Source: Bacillota bacterium
Lineage (GTDB): Bacteria; Vulcanimicrobiota; JAJTBE01
Length of the DNA stretch: 64,000 nt
Reading direction: 5' to 3'
Assembly: GCA_021287065.1 (NCBI GenBank)
Contig: JAJTBE010000030.1
Location: 106-64,105 of the forward strand
Part shown: positions 38,184-47,613 of the stretch, one piece after another
How positions within the stretch are numbered: position 1 is the first letter of the stretch
Layout: each line of letters begins with the position of its first letter
Notes under the pieces: generated by a model
Told to the model about the DNA's origin: nothing
Database searches by the model: none
Seen by the model: only the letters and a program-made list of their open reading frames with translations
Made by a program: the position numbers and the translations under genes

Positions 38184-39182
38184 TTATTTGCCGGTCAAAA
38201 GACCTTGTTGTTCATCATCTGGTGGTTCAGCCATCGATTCCAGCCTGCGGAGCCTGCTGTTGACCGATGACTTGGATATGGGGGGATTTAACCTCTCCCC
38301 GAGTTCTTTCAGGCTTGCCTGTGGAAATCGAATCCTCAGGTCCGCTATTTCCCTTAAACTTCTGGGAAGTTTTTCCAGAAGACCTTTTTCCTGAAGACTG
38401 GCGATGCTTAAAGCCTGTCTGACGGCTGCCTGAATGGTTTTATCGGAGTTGGCGGTTTCGCAGTTGACCCTGCGCCGCACTTCCTCCCGTGTTTCCTTAA
38501 TTGCCCTTATTTCCTCAAATTTCAGGAGGCATCCGTGAGCTCCCATAATAGTGAGAAAATTGGCAATGTCGTCAGCTTTCTTGATATATATTACCTGATC
38601 ATTCTTTCTGATTGTAACACCGGCGGATATTTCCATCTGCTGCAGAATTTTATGCAGTATTCCCGTCAGGGTTTCATCAGGAGATATAATCTCAAGGTGG
38701 TAATACTTGCTTGGCGTGTTAATGGACCCTTTTATAAGAAATGCACCGAGTAGAAAAGCCCTTTTACAGCAGGATTTGCGCAGCCGGTTCTTTTTGATTT
38801 CGCCCGGAAGCCCCCAGCTTTCAAGGAATTTTTTCATCGGTTCATTCATGGGAACCATAACATTAAACTGTTTTCTTTTCTGAAGAAATTTTTCCTGTGA
38901 AACTTCCCAAAGGATATTTTCACCGGAAAAATATTTCAGTAGTTTATATAATATTCTGCTTATTCTATGATTGCAGGTGGAGATACGGGGATAGCCCTCA
39001 GCTTCTTTAAAATCCCCCCCGAAAAAAAGCATCGAAGCGAGGAGAGACTCCCTGCAGCAGTCTCTGTCAGGGATCCACTTAGCCATTTCTTCTCTTACAT
39101 CAAATGAGAATGAAATATAGATCCCCCCCTGATTGGTCGTTTGTGTTTGATATACACTATTCCATTTTACTCCGCTTGTCAA
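38184..39182 (-). CDS. whiA: WhiA-family DNA-binding protein (putative cell-division/sporulation regulator); TTG start uncertain
   Basis: N-terminal DRDCC motif. [25 protein letters not shown] (LAGLIDADG-like core), C-terminal HTH. Conserved gene order whiA-gap-pgk. Confidence 0.75.
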   Translation of the reverse strand: MTSGVKWNSVYQTQTTNQGGIYISFSFDVREEMAKWIPDRDCCRESLLASMLFFGGDFKEAEGYPRISTCNHRISRILYKLLKYFSGENILWEVSQEKFLQKRKQFNVMVPMNEPMKKFLESWGLPGEIKKNRLRKSCCKRAFLLGAFLIKGSINTPSKYYHLEIISPDETLTGILHKILQQMEISAGVTIRKNDQVIYIKKADDIANFLTIMGAHGCLLKFEEIRAIKETREEVRRRVNCETANSDKTIQAAVRQALSIASLQEKGLLEKLPRSLREIADLRIRFPQASLKELGERLNPPISKSSVNSRLRRLESMAEPPDDEQQGLLTGK

Positions 39183-39346
39183 GATGGAGTAAAGCCCATG
39201 TAGAAAAGGAGCTTCTCAATACCGCATGTTTAAAAGGCAAAATGGATTTTTAATATTCAGGAAAAATTTCACGGTTTAACCGGGGATGTAAAAAAATATA
39301 GATTGAAGATTCTTTGTGTTTGCTATATAATAGGTTCAGATATGAA

Positions 39347-39501
39347 CCACCTATGGGATCCAAAAATCGGACACAGGAGAAACGACCCTGTCTTTATCGG
39401 AATTTTCGGGTGCTGCTGAAGCACCTTCGTTTGCAATAATTACTCTTGGCTGTAAAGTTAATCAGTATGAATCGGAAAAACTGCGCCGCAGTCTTTCTGC
39501 T
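39347..39501 (+). pseudogene. 5' portion of the mtaB-like gene, out of frame (probable 1-nt deletion in the A-run at 39476-39480; no canonical start codon)
   Basis: A different frame encodes FAIITLGCKVNQYESE, the canonical methylthiotransferase N-terminus. Adding one A at ggaaaa restores ...ESEKLRRSLSAMGFRESGDD..., contiguous with the main ORF. Confidence 0.6.
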
Positions 39502-40689
39502 ATGGGATTTCGGGAATCAGGTGATGATGAACCCGCTGATATATGCGTGGTCAACACCTGTGCCGTTACCGCCGAAGCTGCCCGGAAATCGAGGCAGGCT
39601 GCAAGGAAACTGAGGAAATTTTCACCAAACGCCAAAACCTGGATAATCGGCTGCGCTGCTGAAAAACCGCAGACCGAACTTGCTAATTTGCCTGATGAAA
39701 TTATTTTTGTGGGCAATGATGAAAAAGAGAACCTTGCGAAAATTATTGCCGCTGAATTTCCGGAAAATATGCAGCCTGTTCCTCTTACAGGAGGAAGAAT
39801 CAGGGCTTATCTCAAGGTTCAGGACGGCTGCGATTCCTTCTGTTCTTACTGCATAATACCCTATCTGAGGGGAAGAAGCAGATCCCGCAAGCCTCAGGAG
39901 CTTGTGGAAGAATTAAAGCAGCTTGAAGATGCGGGATACAGTGAAGTTGTTCTGACGGGAATCCATCTGGGTGATTACGGAAAGCATCTCGAACCCCGGA
40001 TTAACCTTGCAGGTCTTCTGGACCAGATGCTGGAAGCAACATCCATACCCCGGATAAGGCTCAGCTCCCTCGAACCGATGGATTTTTCCTGGGACCTGCC
40101 GGAAGTTTTCAAAAAGCATCCCAGAATATGCCGCCACCTGCATTTGCCTCTCCAGCACGGTTCTGACAGGATTCTGAAACTTATGAACCGCAAATATACC
40201 CTGCAGGAGTATGATGAAATAATAAGAAAATCGGTGGAGTTTTTCCCGGAAATAGCAATAACCACAGATGTGATGGTCGGTTTTCCCGGTGAAACAGACG
40301 AAGATTTTGAAAATATGGAAAATTATATCAGAACCGCACCGTTTTTCCAGCTCCACTGCTTCCCTTATTCAAAGCGCACAGGAACAAAGGCTGCATCAAT
40401 GGCAGGAATTGTCCCCTCCGGGATAAAAAAAGATCGCCTGCACAGATTACTTGATCTGAGCAGACAAAAGACAGAGCAGTTTCTCGACGGATATATCGGT
40501 AAAGAAGTTGAAGTATTGTTTGAACATTTTGATGATAAAGGAATGCTGACCGGTCATACCGGCAACTATATGGAAACAGCGGTTGAGGGCGGAGAGGATC
40601 TGAGGGGAGTCATATCCACAGTATCAGTAACCAAAAGATCGGGAGAAAAATTATATGGAAAAAGAACTGGGCATTTATGTAACAGGTGA
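39502..40689 (+). CDS. Radical-SAM methylthiotransferase, MtaB/MiaB family (main ORF; true start upstream, see frameshift)
   Basis: ADICVVNTCAVT (MTTase N-domain), radical-SAM CxxxCxxC motif GCDSFCSYC, C-terminal TRAM-like domain. Confidence 0.8.
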   Translation: MGFRESGDDEPADICVVNTCAVTAEAARKSRQAARKLRKFSPNAKTWIIGCAAEKPQTELANLPDEIIFVGNDEKENLAKIIAAEFPENMQPVPLTGGRIRAYLKVQDGCDSFCSYCIIPYLRGRSRSRKPQELVEELKQLEDAGYSEVVLTGIHLGDYGKHLEPRINLAGLLDQMLEATSIPRIRLSSLEPMDFSWDLPEVFKKHPRICRHLHLPLQHGSDRILKLMNRKYTLQEYDEIIRKSVEFFPEIAITTDVMVGFPGETDEDFENMENYIRTAPFFQLHCFPYSKRTGTKAASMAGIVPSGIKKDRLHRLLDLSRQKTEQFLDGYIGKEVEVLFEHFDDKGMLTGHTGNYMETAVEGGEDLRGVISTVSVTKRSGEKLYGKRTGHLCNR

Positions 40690-41590
40690 GAAACCGGGCA
40701 GACTTGATGTTTACATAGCGGAAAAAGCCCGCCTTTCGAGGGAAATGACCCAGAAGCTTATTGATCAGGGCCTGGTTACCCTCAATGAAGGCAAAACCAA
40801 AGCCAGTTCAAAGCTTAAGGAAGGCGATGTTATCAATGTCCGCATCCCAATGGCAAAGGAAACAGACATTGAAAAGCAGGATATACCTCTGGATATTCTG
40901 TTTGAAGACGAACACATTGCCGTTATCAATAAAAAGCGCGGTATGGTGGTTCATCCGTCAGTGGGACACGCCAAGGATACGGTTGTCAATGCACTGATTT
41001 ACCATCTGGATGACCTTTCCGGTATTGGCGGCGAAGAACGCCCCGGTATAGTCCACCGCCTTGATAAAAATACATCAGGTTTGATGATTGTTGCCAAAAC
41101 CGATGAAGCTCACAGAAAGCTGACATCGATTTTCCAGTCAAGAAAAATCACCAAAGAATATGTAGCTATAGTCCATGGAAGGCTCAGAGGCAGAGAAGGG
41201 GTTATCAACCTGCCTATAGGCAGGGATGAAAATGACCGCAAACTTATGGCTATCACCGTAGGCGGAAAAAATGCGGTAACCCGCTGGAAAGTGAAAAAAA
41301 GCTACGATGAATATTCCGTGGTTTCTCTTTTCCTCGAAACAGGAAGAACCCATCAGATCAGAGTTCATCTGAAACAGGTGGGAAATCCCGTGGTAGGCGA
41401 CCCTGAATACGGAAAATCGGAAAAATGCCCCTTCAAAATAGAAGGACAGGCTCTCCACGCTTTCAGACTTTCATTTGATCATCCGATAACAAATGAAAAA
41501 ATGGAATTCGAAGCCCCTATGCCCGAGGATATGCAGGAAATAATAGCAGAACTGGACAGAAGAAACATGGGCTTCTCATCACAGGCATAA
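40655..41590 (+). CDS. rluD: RluA-family 23S rRNA pseudouridine synthase (RluD-like) with an S4 domain
   Basis: N-terminal S4-like domain. Catalytic HRLDKNTSGLMIVAKT. Confidence 0.85.
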   Translation: MEKELGIYVTGEKPGRLDVYIAEKARLSREMTQKLIDQGLVTLNEGKTKASSKLKEGDVINVRIPMAKETDIEKQDIPLDILFEDEHIAVINKKRGMVVHPSVGHAKDTVVNALIYHLDDLSGIGGEERPGIVHRLDKNTSGLMIVAKTDEAHRKLTSIFQSRKITKEYVAIVHGRLRGREGVINLPIGRDENDRKLMAITVGGKNAVTRWKVKKSYDEYSVVSLFLETGRTHQIRVHLKQVGNPVVGDPEYGKSEKCPFKIEGQALHAFRLSFDHPITNEKMEFEAPMPEDMQEIIAELDRRNMGFSSQA

Positions 41591-41605
41591 AAGCAATGTA
41601 TAATA

Positions 41606-41645
41606 AAAACTCCCGGGATAACCAATCGGGAGTTTTTTTATTTCT
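41606..41645 (+). terminator. Rho-independent terminator after rluD
   Basis: ctcccgggataaccaatcgggag followed by ttttttta. Confidence 0.75.
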
Positions 41646-41751
41646 GATGGTTTCGTCAGATAAACGGCAATAAGATATAATTTTATAAGGATTGTGTCAA
41701 AAAGGTAGTTGTGTTATGGTGCAAAATGAAAAATAATTTTAATCAGACATT

Positions 41752-41973
41752 ATGCAAATGTCCTTTATAAAGTCTGTTATGCCTGATACTGAAGTTTGGG
41801 CATTGGGGAGCAGGGTTGACGGAACCTGTCATTCCGGGAGTGATCTTGATATTGTGAGCAGAAATCCCATTGATTTATCCAAACCGGCCGGCAGTAAGGC
41901 AAATATACTCAAACAGAAGCTGTCTGAGGGGAATATCCCCAATGCCCATGAATTAAGGCATGAATTTGTCTGA
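41752..41973 (+). pseudogene. Truncated minimal-nucleotidyltransferase (MNT)-like ORF running into a MITE copy
   Basis: ALGSRVDGTCHSGSDLDIV resembles the GS...SDxD nucleotidyltransferase motif. The ORF is short at both ends and its 3' end (NAHELRHEFV) is encoded by the terminus of MITE copy H. Confidence 0.4.
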
Positions 41974-42262
41974 TCGATCATGGGAATTATAGCCGTTTGC
42001 CAAGCTCCCGGAGAAAACTTTTTTGGAAAAAGTTTCCTCGCGCCCACCCTGCGGGCAGGCACCCGCCATCCCAAAACTTTTGGAATTAGGGACCCGACCG
42101 GGGACCGTGGGGATCAGGGACCGACCGGGAGTTTAGGGGACCGTCAGAGGAGACCACGCTTTTTTGGAAAAGCGAGGTCTCCTCCGAACCTCCTCCCTTG
42201 AAAAACAAGAGTATTAGGCTGGGGGATTTGAGTGAATTTTTACTAATTCAGTGTTATTGGGG
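41937..42262 (-). repeat. MITE-like repeat, copy H1 (full length, reverse orientation, 29-bp insertion variant)
   Basis: Aligns with copies B, D and I. Contains cgcgcccaccctgcgggcaggcacccgcc. Confidence 0.85.
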
Positions 42263-42390
42263 ATTAGAGACTGTTAGAAGGAACCACGCTTTTTTAAAAA
42301 AGCGAGGTTGCCCTCCGAACCTCCCTCCTTGAAAAACAAGAGTATGAGGTCCGGGATTTGAGTAAATTTTACTAATTCAGCGGCATTGGT
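42263..42390 (-). repeat. MITE-like repeat, copy H2 (partial, second palindrome half) in tandem with H1
   Basis: ggaaccacgcttttttaaaaaagcgaggttgccctccgaacctccctccttgaaaaacaagagtatgaggtccgggatttgagtaaattttactaattcagcggcattgg. Confidence 0.8.
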
Positions 42391-42456
42391 TCTGATTCCT
42401 GATTCATTCAGAAATGAGATCCTGAAGAATTACCATATCATCAGGCATAGCAGGGT

Positions 42457-44562
42457 TTAGCAGAACGCATAGAGGCTTCCGTCCGCTGTTCCTATATAGA
42501 TTTTTCCCGAAGTGCTCATTGCAGGTGATGAAATAATTTCCGATCTCAGATTGAACCACCACCGCGCCTTGCCCCAGGGGTTCAGTGCGTAAAGTATGCC
42601 GTCTCTTGATGCTGCATAGATGGTTCCTTCGTCTGAAGCCATAGGGGAGGAGAGCATAACATCATCGGTGCTGAAGCGCCATTTTTCCTGACCGTTTCTG
42701 TTTATGGCATAAAGATGCCTGTCGGTGGCGGCGATATATACTGTGCCATCTTTTCCCACAGCAGGAGATGAGCTTATTACCCCTTCTGTTTTGTATTTCC
42801 ACACAGGTTTGCCGAAGAGATTGAGGGCATATACAAATCCATCATCGCATCCGGTTATTATGTAGCCTTCTTTTGAGATAGCCGGTGTTGTTCTGATGGG
42901 CTTGGGGAGTCTGATGCTCCAGCGGATTTCCCCTGTGGGGTGGATTGCGATTATTTCTCCGTTTTTAGTGCCGAAAAGCAATGTTCCGTCATAGCACATG
43001 GAAGCGGATGTAGTTATTCCTGATTCGAATTTATTCTTCCACAGCAGGTTGCCTCTGTTGTCGATGCAATGGAGGTTTCCTGTGGAATCGCTGATGTACA
43101 CTTTCTTTTCACCAAGAAGCGGCGAATGTTTGAATGATGATTTTATCTTATAGCGCCATTTTTCCGCACCCTTTGAATCGAATGCATAAAGGCAGCCGTC
43201 TTCTGATGGAATGTATATTTTTCCGTTGATTTCCGCCGCGCCTGCAGATGCCACCGGACCTGAGGTTTCATACTGCCAGATTTGTTCTCCGGTTGGGCTG
43301 AGGGCAAAAATAAAATTGTCGTGGTTGCCGAAAAAGACATTGCCTTCTGAATCAGCGACAGGTGGAGCTGTGATTTTTCCGCCTGTGGTAAATTGCCATA
43401 AAACCGAGCCCTGTGTGTGGGCTGTAACAGGTGAAAGTCCGCTTCTCTGTGCGTTTCCCCTGAAGTGGTTCCAGACCGGATTGTCGAGCTGCAGGGAGGC
43501 GCTTGAAGGTTCTTCTTCTGTTGTTGCAACGCCGTTTGATTTTACCTGAACTTCCAGAACTTTGGTTTTTTTATGCTTCAGTGATGAAATTTCGTCTTCG
43601 ATGCTTCTGATTTCGTGCTGGAGATCCGAAAAGCGATCTTCCCTGACAATCATTGTGGCAATAGCTGCCCTAAGTTCCCTTGCGGACTGATAGCGGTCGG
43701 AAGGGTTGAGATGCAGGGCTTTTTCCACAATAATTTCGAGAGTTGCAGGCAGTTCGGGATTAAGCTTGCGAAGAGGTTCGAAATGGAACGGCGCTTCATA
43801 CTGGGGATCTTTTCCTGTGAGCAGGTGGTGGAGTGTTGCTCCCAGAGAATAGATATCCGACCGGGGTTCCGATTCGCCCCTGTATTGCTCCGGCGGAGCA
43901 TATCCCTGTGTGCCCACCATTGTTGCTTTTTCCTGAGAAATAAAAAGACGGGCTATGCCAAAGTCAACCAGTTTGACTTTTCCTTCGCCGGTGATCATTA
44001 TGTTGGATGGTTTAAGATCTCTGTAAATAATGGGTGGATTTCTGAAATGCAGATAATCAAGTACATCGCATATTTCAAGAGTCCAGCGGAGAACTCTTTC
44101 AACAGGAATCTTTTTTCCTGCTTCGGTTAATCTTCTAAGTATGCGGCGCAGATCCAGACCTTCGATATAATCCATCACAAGATAATATCTGTGGTTTTCA
44201 ACGAAATGCTCGAAGAAATGTGGCACTGCGGGATGGTTAAGTCCGCAGAGAATCTTGGCTTCCCGCTCAAAGCGTTCAATGGCATCGGTCCGTTCCCTGA
44301 TGCTGGTGAAGCGGTCTATGAGTTCTTTGATTGCCACAGGGCTTCCGTATTTTACATCGTTTCCTCTGTAAATATAGCCCATTCCGCCGACATTGATAAG
44401 TTCGTCAACTTTAAATCTGCCTGATAAAAGAAAGCCCTTGTGCAGTGTATGGAGAGTGGATGGAATAGAAGGCGAATCACCGAACTTCATATTTCTTCCG
44501 CACACAACACAAAACCGTGCCTGGCCTCTGTTTTCAGCCCCGCATTCAGGACATTCGATCAT
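42457..44562 (-). CDS. Ser/Thr protein kinase with an N-terminal zinc-ribbon and a C-terminal PQQ-like beta-propeller
   Basis: CPECG...CVVCG zinc ribbon. Canonical kinase motifs VGGMGYIY, VAIKEL, YRDLKPSNIM, DFGIA and APPE. About 8 PQQ/BamB-like repeats (G.VY....DG.LYA). Confidence 0.9.
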   Translation of the reverse strand: MIECPECGAENRGQARFCVVCGRNMKFGDSPSIPSTLHTLHKGFLLSGRFKVDELINVGGMGYIYRGNDVKYGSPVAIKELIDRFTSIRERTDAIERFEREAKILCGLNHPAVPHFFEHFVENHRYYLVMDYIEGLDLRRILRRLTEAGKKIPVERVLRWTLEICDVLDYLHFRNPPIIYRDLKPSNIMITGEGKVKLVDFGIARLFISQEKATMVGTQGYAPPEQYRGESEPRSDIYSLGATLHHLLTGKDPQYEAPFHFEPLRKLNPELPATLEIIVEKALHLNPSDRYQSARELRAAIATMIVREDRFSDLQHEIRSIEDEISSLKHKKTKVLEVQVKSNGVATTEEEPSSASLQLDNPVWNHFRGNAQRSGLSPVTAHTQGSVLWQFTTGGKITAPPVADSEGNVFFGNHDNFIFALSPTGEQIWQYETSGPVASAGAAEINGKIYIPSEDGCLYAFDSKGAEKWRYKIKSSFKHSPLLGEKKVYISDSTGNLHCIDNRGNLLWKNKFESGITTSASMCYDGTLLFGTKNGEIIAIHPTGEIRWSIRLPKPIRTTPAISKEGYIITGCDDGFVYALNLFGKPVWKYKTEGVISSSPAVGKDGTVYIAATDRHLYAINRNGQEKWRFSTDDVMLSSPMASDEGTIYAASRDGILYALNPWGKARWWFNLRSEIISSPAMSTSGKIYIGTADGSLYAFC

Positions 44563-44600
44563 TAATATCCTCCGGGTAGCTTTTTATTTTTAATATGGTA

Positions 44601-45608
44601 TCAGCCAAGGTATTTTTTCGCCGCATTAAATAGATTGTTTTTAAACTCAGCAACCCCTGAATACCGGAGATCCGGCTGGAGATTCAGAGCTTTGCTGATG
44701 ACTTTATCGAGATCGTTGCTTACATCGGGCCTGATAATGGCAAGGGGAACAAAATGAAACGGAGCTTCCTTTGCGGGATCCTTGCCTGCAATCATTCCGT
44801 AGAGTGTTGCCGCAAGCCCGTAAATGTCGCTTCTGTTGTCAAATTCCTCACGATACTGTTCCGGTGATGCATAGCCTCTTGCACCGAGCAGGGAGCCAAA
44901 CTTGCCCAGTCTGGGAACCCAGGGTAGAAGAATGACTTTCCGTGATGAATTGATAATGACTTTGGTGGGTTTGATATTCCGATGCACAATGGGTGGTGAA
45001 TTCTGATGAAGATACTCCACCAGTTCGCATAGAGCCAGCACTATTTTAACTGCATTGGCAACTGGGATGCCTTTTGCCTGTGAAATATCGCCCCGTATGA
45101 GTTCCGCCAGAGACTTGCCCTCAGCCTTTTTCATTACGACTATGTATTTCTTTTCTTCGTAATAAGTTTTAACGACTCTGGGAATATACTTATGCCTTAT
45201 ATAGGAAAGAACCTCGCCGTCATTGAGGAATCTGTGCATATCCCGCATTGTGATGTCCGGTTCGTGCAGATAAATGTTGTCGATTTTAACTACCACTTCT
45301 CTGTCCCGTTTTGTGTCAAAAGCGTTATAGACGATTCCCTTGCCGTCCTCGTATATTTTTTCAGTAAGAAGAAAGCGTTCTTTAACGAGGACTTCATCGG
45401 TGAGTTTCACAGGGTAGGTTCCCGTTTCGGCGCAGGGAAGTTCTTCGTCGCCGTTGCTTGTGGGGTTGTCAGAACGGATGGGGTATCCGCATTTTATGCA
45501 AAATTTGGCAGTAACTCTGTTACTGCTTTTGCAAAGAGGACAGATTCTGCAGGTTGTTCCAGGAAGCATAAATACACTCTTTAAGAATTCGGTCTTTATA
45601 TTCTCCAT
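44601..45608 (-). CDS. Zinc-ribbon pseudokinase (Ser/Thr kinase fold with catalytic residues substituted)
   Basis: CRICPLC...CIKCG zinc ribbon. Kinase fold retained (VVVKID, ASPEQ), but the catalytic loop reads HRNIKPTK (Asp to Asn, Asn to Lys) and DFG is replaced by LGKFG. Confidence 0.8.
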   Translation of the reverse strand: MENIKTEFLKSVFMLPGTTCRICPLCKSSNRVTAKFCIKCGYPIRSDNPTSNGDEELPCAETGTYPVKLTDEVLVKERFLLTEKIYEDGKGIVYNAFDTKRDREVVVKIDNIYLHEPDITMRDMHRFLNDGEVLSYIRHKYIPRVVKTYYEEKKYIVVMKKAEGKSLAELIRGDISQAKGIPVANAVKIVLALCELVEYLHQNSPPIVHRNIKPTKVIINSSRKVILLPWVPRLGKFGSLLGARGYASPEQYREEFDNRSDIYGLAATLYGMIAGKDPAKEAPFHFVPLAIIRPDVSNDLDKVISKALNLQPDLRYSGVAEFKNNLFNAAKKYLG

Positions 45609-45725
45609 ATTGCATCAGAATCCTGTTAACAACACTATTTTTTTCGTGCAACATTTTATAGGTAAAAGAGATCCGGAAAGGGTTAACGGCAAAATTGTAG
45701 AAAATAAAAAAGCAAAGCTTTATTA

Positions 45726-46547
45726 TTGAGATCCGGAGGCAAAATGATACTTAACCGTGATAATGTTTATCTTTCTGACGGTGGTTCTCCGGAAAAAATT
45801 GAAAATCTTATCAGGGGAAAAGGGTATAACATGGAAACCCTTTATTTTGCCATGCCCGATGTGCTCACAGGGGATTTGGAAGGCAAAATCAGGGATTTCA
45901 GCCAAAAAAGAGATGAACTTGGAGTAAAAAAGGTCATTATGCATGGACCCTTTTTTGATCTCACAGTAGCCTCCCTTGACCCGGAAATAGTTAAAATCAC
46001 CCTGAAACGTTATGAACAGGCTTTGGCAACCGCACAGGCGCTGCATATTGAAAAAATTGTTCTTCACACCCAATTTAACGCCCAGCTTAAAATTCCGGCG
46101 TATATCAACAACTGGCTGATTAAGTCAATGGATTATTTCAGCGGTATTGTGCAGAAACTGGAAGAAAGCCGCATTACCATACTGATTGAAAATATGTTTG
46201 ACGAAGATCCCGATATAATGGTGGAACTTCTCGAAAAAATAAATTCGCCCTGTTTGGGTGTATGCCTTGATGCAGGCCATGTAAATGCATTTTCGAGACA
46301 ACCTCAGAGAGAATGGATAAAACAACTCGGCAAACATATAAGATATGTCCACCTGTCGGACAACGATGGTCTGGCGGATGAGCATTATGCACTGGGAAGG
46401 GGAAATATCGACTTTCCTGATCTTTTCGGCATTTTTGATGATCTTGGGGTTAATCCTGAGTTTTGCATCGAAATGAATAGTGAGAAGGATCACCTTGAAA
46501 GCATCGCTTATCTGAAAAAAATAAATATTTTGGATCCGGATTTTTAG
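45726..46547 (+). CDS. Sugar-phosphate isomerase/epimerase, xylose-isomerase-like TIM barrel
   Basis: IVLHTQFN, ILIENM, LGVCLDAGH and HLSDNDG are typical of AP-endonuclease-2 / TIM-barrel isomerases. Confidence 0.75.
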   Translation: MRSGGKMILNRDNVYLSDGGSPEKIENLIRGKGYNMETLYFAMPDVLTGDLEGKIRDFSQKRDELGVKKVIMHGPFFDLTVASLDPEIVKITLKRYEQALATAQALHIEKIVLHTQFNAQLKIPAYINNWLIKSMDYFSGIVQKLEESRITILIENMFDEDPDIMVELLEKINSPCLGVCLDAGHVNAFSRQPQREWIKQLGKHIRYVHLSDNDGLADEHYALGRGNIDFPDLFGIFDDLGVNPEFCIEMNSEKDHLESIAYLKKINILDPDF

Positions 46548-46655
46548 ATTTTTTTACATAGCAGCAGAAGCTGTAGCAATCCGGAGTGTCTGAAAACAGG
46601 GGATTTCGGGTAAAATCAGGTATAAACCTGCCGATAAAACCAGCGGGGGGCGCAT

Positions 46656-47375
46656 ATGAAATCTATTGATACTGCCTGTGAAAATCACCAAAACGGTTCC
46701 ATGTTAAGCTCGAAGTTCGATTTTTCCGATGGAGCAAATAATTCTGTTGAAATTGCACTTATGCCGTCGGTGGATATGCTTCTGGGGCAGATAATAGCGG
46801 AATCCGTGGAAATGGGATGCAAAATAATGGTGGAGGGAAGCGTTATTGACACTTCCACCGGAAAACAGGTTTGCAGAATCGAATACGAAACCATTCCTGA
46901 TATCAACAAAGCGGAACAGGTTACCAGAGGCGCTTTTTATTCTGACAAAGAAAAAAACGAAGGCACATTTATATACGAAAAACTCTGTCTTAACTCTCCT
47001 GCCTCAGGTTTGTATGTTAAGGGCAATATGTCAACCCATACGGGAATCGACTCAAGAGAAAGGCTTGTCATAGCCTACAGCGCTTCATCAATCAATATGG
47101 ATGGTGTAATCAACGATTTTCATGTGACGGGGAAAATCAGATACGAGAAGTCAGGGGCTATAGTTCACACTGGAACCATCAGCGATATTGAGTTTGAAAG
47201 AATGCTTGTTCAGGATGAAGAATCGGAAATTGCACATATTACCGGAAAAGTTGGAAATTTAACCGAAAAAGGGGAGGCTGTGATGCAGCCTGACGGTTCA
47301 ATTCTTCTTGACAGAAATATCGGACAGTTTCATGTAATTCAGAAAGTTTATATCGTCTGTGTGCCTGATGAATAG
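46656..47375 (+). CDS. Hypothetical protein (239 aa)
   Basis: ORF with RBS. No recognisable domain. Confidence 0.5.
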   Translation: MKSIDTACENHQNGSMLSSKFDFSDGANNSVEIALMPSVDMLLGQIIAESVEMGCKIMVEGSVIDTSTGKQVCRIEYETIPDINKAEQVTRGAFYSDKEKNEGTFIYEKLCLNSPASGLYVKGNMSTHTGIDSRERLVIAYSASSINMDGVINDFHVTGKIRYEKSGAIVHTGTISDIEFERMLVQDEESEIAHITGKVGNLTEKGEAVMQPDGSILLDRNIGQFHVIQKVYIVCVPDE

Positions 47376-47613
47376 CCTTATTCTTACAAAATCCGATTTA
47401 TTACGGTTGATTAATGATGTTTGAATTTTGGTTTAAATGCCTGCTCTGTAAAGGTTTTTTGTTTAAAAGTAATCAGTTTCAGACACGCAAATATAACTTT
47501 CAAGTTACTCTATACAGAGACTGATAAATATAAAAGGTCTTCGCACCTCCCGGCAAATCCGCAGCACTACTACGATTTCCTGAGAACAACGAAGACAGCC
47601 GGAGGCTTAATTA

